A stretch of 24,000 nt of DNA from Williamsia phyllosphaerae (GTDB lineage Bacteria > Actinomycetota > Actinomycetes > Mycobacteriales > Mycobacteriaceae). The translations under genes and the position numbers were made by a program. The stretch's first letter is position 1; each line of letters begins with the position of its first letter. Under the pieces are notes generated by a model, which saw only the letters and a program-made list of their open reading frames with translations, searched no databases and was not told the origin of the DNA. Shown here one piece after another: positions 14,940 through 24,000 of the stretch. The DNA lies in NCBI RefSeq assembly GCF_014635305.1, contig NZ_BMCS01000003.1, positions 705,000-728,999 of the forward strand, read 5' to 3'.

Positions 14940-16823
14940 TCACACGTCGATGATCGACGAGCGCAACCCGCTCGCGCGGAGCACTTTTCGTTCGACACCG
15001 GCGCGCAGTCCCTCTGCCGTCCCGATCAGACGTACCGAGTCGGTGGCCCGGGTGATCGCGGTGTAGAGCAGTTCCCGACTCAACAGCGCGGAGTCCGCGG
15101 GTGGGATCACCACGGCGACGGCACGGTACTGGCTGCCCTGACTGCGGTGGATCGTCATGGCGTAGGCCGAGGCCACTCCTCGGAGGCGGCCCGGGTGCAC
15201 CAGCCGCAGGTCACTGCCGCGGCCGAATGCCGCCATCAGCCGGTCGTCGTCGGCGACGACGATGCCGGTGTCGCCGTTGAACAGTCGGGCGCGGTGGTCG
15301 GTCTCGGTGAGCAGGAGCGGCCGTCCCGGATACCAGGGGCGCTCGGCGTCGGCGAACGGCGCACCACCGCCGCTCCCCCATGCGGTGACCCGCTGTGCCC
15401 ATTGCCGCACACCCGCGGGTCCCTCGCGATGGGCACACAGGACACGGTGTCCGCCGAGCGCGGCCAATGCGGCCTCGGCATCGCCACGGTCGGCGGCCGC
15501 GGCCATGGCCTGCACCCACGCCGCGACCTCCCCGCGGGCGATGTGTGCCTCCTCGGCGGGCTCGAGAGTGAGGTCCGGCATCCCGGCATCGAGGATCGAC
15601 AGCGCCTCGTCGGCGTCGCCAGCCCGGACGGCGTCGGCGAGCCGACCGATCCGCGCACCGAATCGGCGACGACGACGGAGACGGACGACGCCGTCGGCCA
15701 TCTCCGACCGCTCCGGTGCGGCAACCGTCGCATCGATGTCGGTCGGGGCGGCCGCGGTGTCGGCCGGTCCGGTGTCGGTGCCGACGAGCTCGGCGAGCGG
15801 TCCGGCGAGTTCTCCGGTGTGCGAGCGATGGACGAGATCGGCCAGCACCGCGCCGGCGTCGACCGACGCCAGTTGATCGGGATCGCCGATCATCACCAAC
15901 CGTGTGGTCGGACGCAGCGCCTCGAGCAGGTGGTACATCAGCGTCAGCGACACCATCGACGCCTCGTCGACGATGATCACGTCGTGCGGCAGGCGGTTCG
16001 TCGCATGGTGCCGGAACCGGTTTCCGCCGCCGGGACGTGGGCCGAGCAGACGGTGGATGGTCACGGCCTCCGCGTCGGGCAGTGCGATCTGCGCGGACTG
16101 GGCGGCCACGGCGTCCTGTAGCGACGCTGCGGCCCGACCGGTGGGAGCGCACAGACCGACGCGGAGTCCGGAGCCGTGCAGCGCGTGGAGCAACGCGATG
16201 ATCCGGGCGGCGGTGTGCGTCTTGCCGGTTCCCGGCCCGCCGGCCAGGACGGTGGTCCACCGGGTGGCCGCCACCGCGGCCGCCATGCGTTGACGGTCGG
16301 GGCCGGGTGCGTCCGGGTCCGGCGGGAACAGGGCGCCGAGTTCGGCGGCCACGCGGGCCACATCGACCGCGGGTTCGCCGGCGGCGCGTTCGGCCAGGAT
16401 GGCCCGGACGCGTTGTTCCTCGAGGAAATAGCGGTCCAGGTAGAGCAGGGACGCACCGTCGTCGGTGGTCACGACCCGCAGCGGTTGCAGGGGCGAGTCG
16501 GGCGAAGTCGTGGCCAGCGCGCTGGCCCTGACCTTGCCGGGCAGGGTGAGTGGGTCGGGCCACGGCAACTCGGCCGGGTCGGTGCCGGTGTCGGAATCCG
16601 GCGGGATGTCGCGCAGACGCGCGAGGTCGATACACACCGACCCGGCGCGGACCGCGCGGACGGTGAGAGCCACGGCGAGAACCACATCGGGGTCGACCTC
16701 GGCCCGGCGGATCGTGACCAGACGGTGGGCGACGTGCACATCGGCCGGTCCGAGAACTCCCGCACGGTTGAAGTCGGCCAGCACTCCCTGCGCGCGCAAC
16801 GCGATCCGGTGGTCGTCGTTCAT
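14940..16823 (-). CDS. recD: exodeoxyribonuclease V alpha subunit RecD
   Basis: SF1 helicase motifs are present: GGPGTGKTHT (Walker A), IIVDEASMV (motif II) and YAMTIHRSQGSQY. The track ORF reaches 17003. I trimmed it to ATG 16823 (MNDDHRIALRAQGVL...), which overlaps the recB stop as ATGA. This gives 627 aa. Confidence 0.9.
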   Translation of the reverse strand: MNDDHRIALRAQGVLADFNRAGVLGPADVHVAHRLVTIRRAEVDPDVVLAVALTVRAVRAGSVCIDLARLRDIPPDSDTGTDPAELPWPDPLTLPGKVRASALATTSPDSPLQPLRVVTTDDGASLLYLDRYFLEEQRVRAILAERAAGEPAVDVARVAAELGALFPPDPDAPGPDRQRMAAAVAATRWTTVLAGGPGTGKTHTAARIIALLHALHGSGLRVGLCAPTGRAAASLQDAVAAQSAQIALPDAEAVTIHRLLGPRPGGGNRFRHHATNRLPHDVIIVDEASMVSLTLMYHLLEALRPTTRLVMIGDPDQLASVDAGAVLADLVHRSHTGELAGPLAELVGTDTGPADTAAAPTDIDATVAAPERSEMADGVVRLRRRRRFGARIGRLADAVRAGDADEALSILDAGMPDLTLEPAEEAHIARGEVAAWVQAMAAAADRGDAEAALAALGGHRVLCAHREGPAGVRQWAQRVTAWGSGGGAPFADAERPWYPGRPLLLTETDHRARLFNGDTGIVVADDDRLMAAFGRGSDLRLVHPGRLRGVASAYAMTIHRSQGSQYRAVAVVIPPADSALLSRELLYTAITRATDSVRLIGTAEGLRAGVERKVLRASGLRSSIIDV

Positions 16824-19800
16824 GATCGGTTCCCCGTCGTCTGTCCGCCCAGCAGTTCCGACAGCGCCTCCACGAGGGCGGGCGGCACGTCCCACCCGAA
16901 CACCCCACGGTCGGGCGGGGTGTCCGGCCCGACCATGGCCCGGACGAACAGGTACAGCACCCGCCCGAGATGACGGTCGGGGCGGTACCCGGGGAGACGC
17001 CATCGCAGGTATCGATGCAGCGCAACCGAATAGAGCATGGCCTGCAGTGGATAGTGCGACCGCATCATCTCCGCGGCCATGGCGCCCTCGTCGTAGTCCT
17101 CGACGGTCAGGTCACCGAAGCCGAGTCGGTTGGTCTTGTAGTCGACGATCACGAAACGCTCGTCCGCGGTGCGCAGGACGCCGTCGATGCTGCCGGTGAG
17201 AAACCCGTCGAGGGCCGCGCCCGGGATCAGTCGGAGGCGTTCGGGGTACTCCCGCAACGGGTCGTCGGCAGGTAGGTGGTCGTCCATCAGGTCGGCGATC
17301 GCGGCGAGGGTCGAGCCACGGGTGGCCGACGCCAGCGGGAACTCGAAATCCATCTCGGCCAGTCGGTCCGACATCGCCACGCCGGCAAGATCGGATACCC
17401 CGGAAGCGAGTCCGAGCGGGGTGCGTAGGACGGAGTCCATGGCGTGGGCGAGTACGTCGACGTCGACCTGCAGACCCGACGCGAGTGCGGCACGGGCGCA
17501 CCGATCCCGTACCTCAGCGCTCAGGTCGGCGGCATCGGTGTCGACGTTCTCGAGCACCGAGTGGACGAGCAGACCGAACGTGGCGCCGGCCGGGAGTCCG
17601 TTCATCAGCGACGACGCACCCCCGTCTGCGGTCGTGTCGGTCACCACCGCGTCCTCGGGTTCGTCGGTCAGGACCGCGGCGACGTCGGCCTCGATAGCCG
17701 TTCCGACCGCGACGTGCTGATCGGCGACCAGCGCCGAGTACGAGGTGCGGCGCCAGCCGTGGTCGATGACACGGTCGAAGTCCGCGGCGCGCAGGGTGAT
17801 CTGCTCGCCGTACGAGCTCGGGGTCGGTGGCGACGAGGTCGATCCCCCGCCCGCGTGTTCGACCGAGACGAGTGCGCTTGCAGGTCCCGCCCACGCGGAG
17901 AGATCGGACGCGATCGATGCGTCCGCGGGCACACGCGCGCTCGGCCCGGGATCGGGCGCCGCCGTGTCGGCGCCGGTCGGGGTGCGCGCGAACAACAGTC
18001 GGTGCAGCGGCGCCGACCGCGCTGATGATCCGGCGGCCCACCAGAGGACGACCTGACACCGGGCCCGGGTCACGGCGACGTAGAACAGTCGCAGCTCCTC
18101 GCCGACGTCCTCGGCTTCAGCCGTTCGGCGGTTGCGGGCGAACTCGGCCGAGCGGGAACCGCCGACGTCGAGGATGCGGTCGCCGGATTCGTGCAGGACG
18201 AGCGTCGGCGGGTAAGGGTTTCGGGCCGCGTCCCACCCGAACGGCACGTAGACGATCGGGAACTCGAGGCCTTTGCTGCCGTGGACGGTCATGATGGACA
18301 CGGCCTGCGCATCTCGGTCCAGGCGCCGACTCTGCTCGGTCTGATCGCCCACGCGGGGATCGTCGAGGCGGTCGACGAACCACCGCAACAACCCGGCGAT
18401 CCCCCGCGACTCGGTGACCACGTAGCGGTTGCACAGCGACGCGAGGTGCGCGATGTCGGTCATCACGCGCTCTCCGTCGACACCGGAGAGAATGCGCGAC
18501 TCCAACCCGGTCCGGATCGAGAGGCGTTCGTACATCGCGGCGAACCCCGCCTGCGCCATGGTCTGCGCCAGGTCGATCAGCAGGTCACCTGCGTCGGCCA
18601 ACGCGTCGCCACCGGCGGCGTCGATCTCTCCCGCGCTCCGACCGATCAACGGCGTGAGCGCGGCCAGCGTCACGCGATCGGAGCGGTTCGGCTGCTCGAG
18701 GGCCCGCAGCACGTGAAACCAGTCGCGGGCGCTCGCGGTGGCGAAGACACTCGATCCCGCCCCGACCACCGAGGCCACCCCGGCGTCGCGCAACGCCCGC
18801 TGCACCGGCGCGATGGTCGAGCGGGTGCGCAACAGGATCACCACGTCCGAGGGACGGACCGGCCGGGTGGTCCCGTCCGGGTCGGTCAGTTCGGGTGCGT
18901 CGGCAAGCAGCGTCGCCACATCCCGTGCGACGTCGTCGACGACCGCCGACCGCACCGCGGACAGCGGCGGGAACCCGTTGTCCCCCAACGGACCGAGCCC
19001 GGCGCGACCGAGATGGCGTAGCCGCAGCGGCGGTCGGCCGGACAGGCGTGAGGAGGTGTGGGTCGCGTCGACGGGCCGCACCACGATGTCGGGGTGTCCC
19101 AGCGCCGCACCGCCGTAGAGGTGGTGCAGTGCCTGCACCAGTCCGGCATCGCTACGCCAGTTCGTGCCGAGGGCCTGGTGGTTGTCGGCACTGTTCGCGG
19201 CGTCGAGATAGCTCAGGACCTCCGCGCCGCGGAACGCGTAGATCGACTGCTTCGGGTCACCGACCAGGATGAGATCGGAATGGCCGTGGAAGCAGCGGCG
19301 CAGGATCTCCCACTGGATCGGATCGGTGTCCTGGAACTCGTCGACCAGGACCACGGAGAAGAAGTCGCGGATCCGGGCGCAGGCCGCCTCACCGTGCACC
19401 GGGTCGGTGATGACGTCGCGGAGCAACGACTGCAGTTCGTCGTAGTCGCGTATCCGCATCATCCGCTTGCGGCGCAGCACCTCTCGGCGCACCGCGGTCA
19501 CGAAATCGGTACGGGCGCGCGCCGGGGTGCCCTCCGGCGCATCGCGCGGCACCAGGGTGGCGTGTGACTGTCGGACCCCGTCGCGGGCGATCGCCACCGC
19601 GTCGCGGAAGTCGAACGGCGGTTCGTCGAGGCCGCTGTACCACTTGAGGAACACGTCTCCGGCGACCTCGGCGACCAGATCGTCGACCTCTTCGACGAGG
19701 GTCAGACCGTGTTCGCTCTCTCCGGCGATGCCCAGCGCGTCGAGCATCCGGGAACAGAACGTGTGTGTGGTGCTGACCGTGGCCGCGTCGAAGTCCGACA

Positions 19801-20149
19801 ACGCCGCGCTGATCCGCGCACGACGCGACGCCACCTCGTCGGCGGGCGCGTCCGCCAGGGCGGTGACCAACGAATCCGACCGCGCACTCGCCGGATCGGC
19901 CAGCCCGGCGGCCAGGGTCGTCAACCGCTCACGCGTGCGTTCCCGCAGTTCGGCGGTGGCCATCCGGCTGAACGTCACCAGCAGCAGCGCACCGACGTCG
20001 ACGCCCTCGGCGATGTAGCGGGCCGCCAGTCCGACGATGGCGTGGGTCTTGCCGGTCCCCGCGCTCGCCTCGAGCACCGTCGTGCCGGTGGGCAGCGGCG
20101 CGAGGAGGTCGAACGTTGAGCGCGCGACGTGCGGTCGGGGCGCGGTCAT
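16820..20149 (-). CDS. recB: exodeoxyribonuclease V beta subunit RecB (helicase-nuclease)
   Basis: UvrD-like motifs are EASAGTGKTH, VLVDEFQDTD and MTVHGSKGLEFP. The C-terminal PD-(D/E)XK RecB nuclease motif is GSIDGVLR...FVIVDYKTNRLG. I trimmed the start from 20581 to ATG 20149 (MTAPRPHVARSTFDLL...), which overlaps the recC stop as ATGA. This gives 1109 aa. Confidence 0.9.
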   Translation of the reverse strand: MTAPRPHVARSTFDLLAPLPTGTTVLEASAGTGKTHAIVGLAARYIAEGVDVGALLLVTFSRMATAELRERTRERLTTLAAGLADPASARSDSLVTALADAPADEVASRRARISAALSDFDAATVSTTHTFCSRMLDALGIAGESEHGLTLVEEVDDLVAEVAGDVFLKWYSGLDEPPFDFRDAVAIARDGVRQSHATLVPRDAPEGTPARARTDFVTAVRREVLRRKRMMRIRDYDELQSLLRDVITDPVHGEAACARIRDFFSVVLVDEFQDTDPIQWEILRRCFHGHSDLILVGDPKQSIYAFRGAEVLSYLDAANSADNHQALGTNWRSDAGLVQALHHLYGGAALGHPDIVVRPVDATHTSSRLSGRPPLRLRHLGRAGLGPLGDNGFPPLSAVRSAVVDDVARDVATLLADAPELTDPDGTTRPVRPSDVVILLRTRSTIAPVQRALRDAGVASVVGAGSSVFATASARDWFHVLRALEQPNRSDRVTLAALTPLIGRSAGEIDAAGGDALADAGDLLIDLAQTMAQAGFAAMYERLSIRTGLESRILSGVDGERVMTDIAHLASLCNRYVVTESRGIAGLLRWFVDRLDDPRVGDQTEQSRRLDRDAQAVSIMTVHGSKGLEFPIVYVPFGWDAARNPYPPTLVLHESGDRILDVGGSRSAEFARNRRTAEAEDVGEELRLFYVAVTRARCQVVLWWAAGSSARSAPLHRLLFARTPTGADTAAPDPGPSARVPADASIASDLSAWAGPASALVSVEHAGGGSTSSPPTPSSYGEQITLRAADFDRVIDHGWRRTSYSALVADQHVAVGTAIEADVAAVLTDEPEDAVVTDTTADGGASSLMNGLPAGATFGLLVHSVLENVDTDAADLSAEVRDRCARAALASGLQVDVDVLAHAMDSVLRTPLGLASGVSDLAGVAMSDRLAEMDFEFPLASATRGSTLAAIADLMDDHLPADDPLREYPERLRLIPGAALDGFLTGSIDGVLRTADERFVIVDYKTNRLGFGDLTVEDYDEGAMAAEMMRSHYPLQAMLYSVALHRYLRWRLPGYRPDRHLGRVLYLFVRAMVGPDTPPDRGVFGWDVPPALVEALSELLGGQTTGNRS

Positions 20150-23100
20150 CGGACCACCACCTGCTCGGCGTCCAGCATCGGATGCCAGATCGACTCCGCC
20201 GACGCGATGAACTCGTCGGTCGCGCCCGGATCGGCCGCGATGCCTGCGAACCCGGTGGGGAAGACCAGTTTCAGATAGCGGTCGGCGTGCTCGCCGAAGG
20301 TGGCGTCGAAGGCGGCCCGGGCCGCCTCGAGCGCGTCCGCCACCGAATCCCCGCCGTGGCGACGCACGGCGTATTCGGCGCCGGCCGCCGCGGGGAGGGC
20401 CAACGGATGGGTGAGTCCGAGGTCGCGCAGCCGCACCAGGTCGGCCAGGATCTGCGCCGGTGCGGCGGGAAGGGCGAGTTGGGCGCGGGCCAACCGCGTC
20501 CCCTTGCCGAATCGGCCGATCGTGAGACCCGTCATGGCGCCGTCGGTACGGGCGGCCGCGGCGGCGAGCATCGCGATCCACGTGGAGAGCCGGTGTTTGG
20601 GGGCGAGTTTGGAGTAGTGCGCCCGGAACACCACGTCGCCGTGCACCCCGTCCACCGTGCCGATCAGTCGTCTGCCGTCACCGAGGTCGACATCGACGTC
20701 CACCGACGTGCGTTCGGTGGCAACGGTCGCCGAGGCGGCATCCCACAGCCGTTCCACGTCGTCGAGCACCGGCTCGAGCGCTTGACGGCCCAGTTCGAAC
20801 GGGGGCAGCGTCCCGCGACGCAGTTCGGCTCCCCGCAGGGCCTCGATCGTGTCGCCCTGGAGTCGATGTCGCAACAACCGGTCACCGATCCCCCAGCGGT
20901 CCAACGGATCGAGGCCCGGATCGAGCTCGTCGTCGAGCACCTCTGCGGTGTCGGGCACGGCGAATCCGAGTCGTTGCCTGCAGAACCCGCGGACGGGGTG
21001 CTCGAAGAACGCGATCAGTTCGGACACGTCGACCGCCGACGCCGCGGCACCGGTGGAGGTGACGGGCGGCAGCGGGGTGCGATCGAACTCGATGGTGTGG
21101 GTGGGCGGCGCGATCAGTGCACGCGCCCCGGCCAGGGCGGAGCGGTCGAAACCGAACGGCGACGCGGCGTCGAAGTTCGCCGGGTCGAAGGCGTGCAGCG
21201 GATGTCTGCGGACCACGCGGTCGGCCTGGGTCGGCGTGACCAGCGCGGTGAGGGCGTCGACCACCTCGCTCACCGGGACCGACGGTGGGCGGCGCAACCC
21301 GGTGACCGGATCGGCGCCGGTGTAGGCGATGACCAGTTTCTCCTGCGCCGACATGATCGTGTCGAGCAGGAGTTGACGGTCCTCGCTGCGCGGATCACGT
21401 TCACCGACACAGGGGTTGCGGTCGAGAACGTCGTCGCCGTCCTCCCGGGACACCCGCGGGTAGACGTCGTCGTCGAGACCGATGAGCACCACCACACGGT
21501 GGGGCACGGCGCGCATGGGCACCATCGAACAGACGGTCAGCTCACCGGTCCGGAAGTTCGCTCGCGTGGGTCGGGCGGCGACCACGTCGTCGAGCAGGGC
21601 GACGACATCGGCGCGGCGCAGGTCCACCTCGCCGCAGTGTTCGGTGGCCCGGGTGATCTCGTCGACCGCCTGCGCTCGCTGCCACGAGTCGGCGGGCGCG
21701 ACGTCGAGCAGGTCGTCGATCACCCGCACCATCGCCTCGGTCCAGTCCCGGGCCGAGCGGACCCCCGTGAGCGCACCCACACACGCGTCGAGACGGTCCA
21801 CGAACTCCGCGAAGCGACCGACCAGATCGATGTCGGCGCTGTCGATGTCGTCGAGGGGCAACGCCCGATGAATCCACTGCAGACCCGCTTCGTGCGCGAC
21901 GACACCCAGGACGATCCGGTCGAGTCCCGTCTCCATCGTGTTCTGTTCGAACCCCTTGAGCCCGAACGCGGTCCGCTGAGCTGCTCCCAGTCCCCAGCGG
22001 ACGCCCGCCTCGGCCATCCATCGGCCGATGAGCTCGAGGTCGTCGTCGGTGAAACCGAATCGGGTCCGCACCGGCGCCCGACCGGCCAGGTCGGCGATGT
22101 CGCCGGCCGTGACGCGGGCCCCGGCGAGCGCCACGACGACCACGACGGATTCGAGGACGGTGTTGGTCGCGCTCATCGAACGATCGGCGAGACGGACGCG
22201 GAGTCGATGCGCGGGATGGCCGTCGACATCCGGGCCGCGTCCGTCGAACCTGCGCGAGTCGAACGCCGCGCGGATCAAGGGGGCGAACGCCTCGATGTCC
22301 GGGCACATGACGATGACGTCGCGGGGCATCAGTGTCGGGTCGTCGGTGAACAACCGGGCCAGTACGTCCCGGATCACCTCGACCTGACGGGTCGGGCCGT
22401 GGCACGAGTGCACGCCGACCGAGTCGTCCATCGGCCCCGGCGTCAGATCGGTCACCGCGACGTCGTCACGAATCGTCTGTTGCAGACGGGCGAGCAGTGT
22501 CGTCGGCTTGGCGATCGGCCCGGCGTGGTGGACGTCGTGGGTGACGTGGCGCGACAACCGGAGCTGGGTCTCGCGGATCTCCCGGGACAGACTGGCCAGC
22601 AACGGGTTCGACACCCCGCCGCGAACGAGGTCGCGGCGCCGGACCGGCTCGCCTGCGGCGGCGGTGGCCTGCCACAGCCGGTCGCTGGGGTGCGGCAGGA
22701 AGATGTGGACGTCGCGGGCGGAGCCCACCGCGGAGAGCACCGCGAGCGCCTCGGTGGTCAGACGGGTGGGTCCGAACAGCGAGAGGCGACGGGGTAGGTC
22801 GAGTGCGGCGGGCTCGGATGTGATCTGTGCGCACAGGGATTCGAGTCGCTCGGCCGGCCCGGGGAAACCGATCCGTTCCCGCAACCGTCGCCACACATGA
22901 GCCTGCCATCGTTGGTCGGTGGGCAGTTCGCCGCCGATGCCGTCGGTGTCGTGACCGGCAGCCCAGTCGGAGAGCATCTGTGGGCGTTGTGCCGCGTACG
23001 ACCGGAACGTGCGGGTCAGACCGACCGCCGTGCTCCACCGCCGCCCGGCGCGATGGCCGTCGACCGATCCGTCGGGACGGACACCCAGGTGCCGGGCCAG

Positions 23101-23451
23101 CACCTCGCAACCGGGATCGTGCACGGCGGTGTCGAGCACCCCCAGCAGCGTCCAGCGCATCCGCGCGGGCGACCACGGGTCGTCGGCGCGGTGGTACCCG
23201 CGGATCGAGCCGAGCACACGGTCGACGAGGTCGGTCGGCGACCGGAAGTCGATGTTGGCGGCGATGCCGTCGGCCCCGGCGTCGGAGGTGCCCAGCCGTG
23301 CGGACAGCCGCTGTCCCAACCACCGCTCGACCCCCTTGGCGGGGACGGCGACGATCTCCGGGGTCAACGCGTCGGCGAGCGGGTCGAGCAGGATGTCGGC
23401 CAGGGCGTCGGCGAGTGTGTCGGTGCGCTCGGCGCGGTGCAGCGTCAGCAT
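20146..23451 (-). CDS. recC: exodeoxyribonuclease V gamma subunit RecC
   Basis: 1101 aa. The N-terminus MLTLHRAERTDTLADALADILLDPL...VPAKGVERWLGQRLS is typical of RecC. It sits first in a recC-recB-recD order with 4-nt overlaps. GGGGAGGGG lies just upstream of the ATG. Confidence 0.9.
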   Translation of the reverse strand: MLTLHRAERTDTLADALADILLDPLADALTPEIVAVPAKGVERWLGQRLSARLGTSDAGADGIAANIDFRSPTDLVDRVLGSIRGYHRADDPWSPARMRWTLLGVLDTAVHDPGCEVLARHLGVRPDGSVDGHRAGRRWSTAVGLTRTFRSYAAQRPQMLSDWAAGHDTDGIGGELPTDQRWQAHVWRRLRERIGFPGPAERLESLCAQITSEPAALDLPRRLSLFGPTRLTTEALAVLSAVGSARDVHIFLPHPSDRLWQATAAAGEPVRRRDLVRGGVSNPLLASLSREIRETQLRLSRHVTHDVHHAGPIAKPTTLLARLQQTIRDDVAVTDLTPGPMDDSVGVHSCHGPTRQVEVIRDVLARLFTDDPTLMPRDVIVMCPDIEAFAPLIRAAFDSRRFDGRGPDVDGHPAHRLRVRLADRSMSATNTVLESVVVVVALAGARVTAGDIADLAGRAPVRTRFGFTDDDLELIGRWMAEAGVRWGLGAAQRTAFGLKGFEQNTMETGLDRIVLGVVAHEAGLQWIHRALPLDDIDSADIDLVGRFAEFVDRLDACVGALTGVRSARDWTEAMVRVIDDLLDVAPADSWQRAQAVDEITRATEHCGEVDLRRADVVALLDDVVAARPTRANFRTGELTVCSMVPMRAVPHRVVVLIGLDDDVYPRVSREDGDDVLDRNPCVGERDPRSEDRQLLLDTIMSAQEKLVIAYTGADPVTGLRRPPSVPVSEVVDALTALVTPTQADRVVRRHPLHAFDPANFDAASPFGFDRSALAGARALIAPPTHTIEFDRTPLPPVTSTGAAASAVDVSELIAFFEHPVRGFCRQRLGFAVPDTAEVLDDELDPGLDPLDRWGIGDRLLRHRLQGDTIEALRGAELRRGTLPPFELGRQALEPVLDDVERLWDAASATVATERTSVDVDVDLGDGRRLIGTVDGVHGDVVFRAHYSKLAPKHRLSTWIAMLAAAAARTDGAMTGLTIGRFGKGTRLARAQLALPAAPAQILADLVRLRDLGLTHPLALPAAAGAEYAVRRHGGDSVADALEAARAAFDATFGEHADRYLKLVFPTGFAGIAADPGATDEFIASAESIWHPMLDAEQVVVR

Positions 23452-23517
23452 GGTGCCCCTCCCCTCGCCCCGATACGTCGCCGGACAGGTCTATCAGCGG
23501 GCACCGACATCACGGTG

Positions 23518-23985
23518 TCAGGCCCGCCGACGCAACGCCACCGGTTCGTCGAGACGGTCCCGCATGGCCGCCGCCAGGTTCTCGGGCATCGGTGTGGGCG
23601 CCCCTCCGGGATCCACGCAGACCAGGGTGGTCTCGGCCTGCACGAACCGCCGACCGGAGGTGTCCGCGAGAGTCGAGCCGAACTCGAAGGACGAGCGACC
23701 CACGTGACTGAGCCAGACCGAGGCCACGATGTCGTCCTCGGTGTAGGGGATGGTGGCCAGGAACTCGACCTCCTGCCGCACCACGACCAGGCCGGTGCCG
23801 GTCGCGGTGGCGTCGTCGGTCCTCGGTGCCGCGGTGTCGGCCGCGATCAGTCGGGGCATCGCCCGCACGCGCGACTCCTCGAGGAGGCGGGCTATCGCTA
23901 CGTTGTTGATGTGGCTGTTGATGTCCATGTCGCCCCAGCGCAGCTGCAGGCCGATGGTCACCGCATGATCGGACATGGCCGTCAT
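23518..23985 (-). CDS. acyl-CoA thioesterase, hotdog fold (4HBT/YbgC-like)
   Basis: 155 aa. The N-terminal signature is LRWGDMDINSHINNVAIARLLEESR. Size and layout are typical of 4-hydroxybenzoyl-CoA-thioesterase-like proteins. An alternative ATG is at 23976. Confidence 0.75.
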   Translation of the reverse strand: MTAMSDHAVTIGLQLRWGDMDINSHINNVAIARLLEESRVRAMPRLIAADTAAPRTDDATATGTGLVVVRQEVEFLATIPYTEDDIVASVWLSHVGRSSFEFGSTLADTSGRRFVQAETTLVCVDPGGAPTPMPENLAAAMRDRLDEPVALRRRA

Positions 23986-24000
23986 CGTATCGTCGGCGTC

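Noticed and set aside
15211-17025. 604-aa minus-strand ORF in an alternative frame of recD
   Set aside because: Its composition is extremely Arg/Pro/Gly-rich with no motifs. The recD frame carries the helicase motifs.
20116-22797. 893-aa + strand ORF
   Set aside because: It is antisense to recC and has the same low-complexity high-GC shadow composition.
1-24000. Mobile elements, CRISPR arrays, tRNA/rRNA genes, toxin-antitoxin pairs, or a defence island around recBCD
   Set aside because: I found no transposase, integrase or phage-like ORFs, no regularly spaced repeats and no tRNA-like cloverleaf candidates in the few intergenic regions. The genes flanking recBCD are metabolic housekeeping types. 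I found nothing that supports a novel defence or mobile system here.

Overview
GC-rich (about two-thirds G+C by eye, not computed) actinobacterial chromosomal DNA. It is most consistent with a Mycobacteriales genus (Gordonia/Rhodococcus/Nocardia-like). That inference rests on MspA-family porins and on GadB, HtpG and RecBCD proteins that closely resemble mycobacterial ones. I resolve 18 protein-coding genes, one of them partial at the left edge. Left to right they are: an esterase-like fragment; two divergent acyl-CoA dehydrogenases; a tightly coupled minus-strand operon (VOC-fold protein, FAD-linked GlcD-like oxidase, ThDP-dependent decarboxylase/acetolactate-synthase-like enzyme); a beta-propeller lipoprotein; two tandem MspA-family porin paralogs; an orphan ammonium transporter; htpG; a divergently transcribed glutamate decarboxylase; a PIG-L/LmbE-type deacetylase; a translationally coupled recC-recB-recD operon; and a hotdog thioesterase. 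Many long ORFs in the supplied track are antisense or alternate-frame shadows typical of high-GC DNA, and I rejected them. Several real genes were trimmed to internal starts that have Shine-Dalgarno support. I saw no rRNA, tRNA, CRISPR array, transposase, integrase or phage genes. I do not see a convincing novel multi-gene system; this looks like ordinary core chromosome. Four things merit a second look. (1) The unusually long, lower-GC, dyad-rich spacer between amt and the porin genes (8758-9111), which has a terminator/anti-terminator-like triple-segment arrangement, a nested inverted/direct repeat and a perfect 12-bp palindrome. (2) A perfect 7-N4-7 palindrome overlapping a -10-like hexamer upstream of htpG. 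(3) The uncharacterised VOC / FAD-oxidase / ThDP-enzyme operon. (4) The tandem cysteine-containing MspA-like porins.
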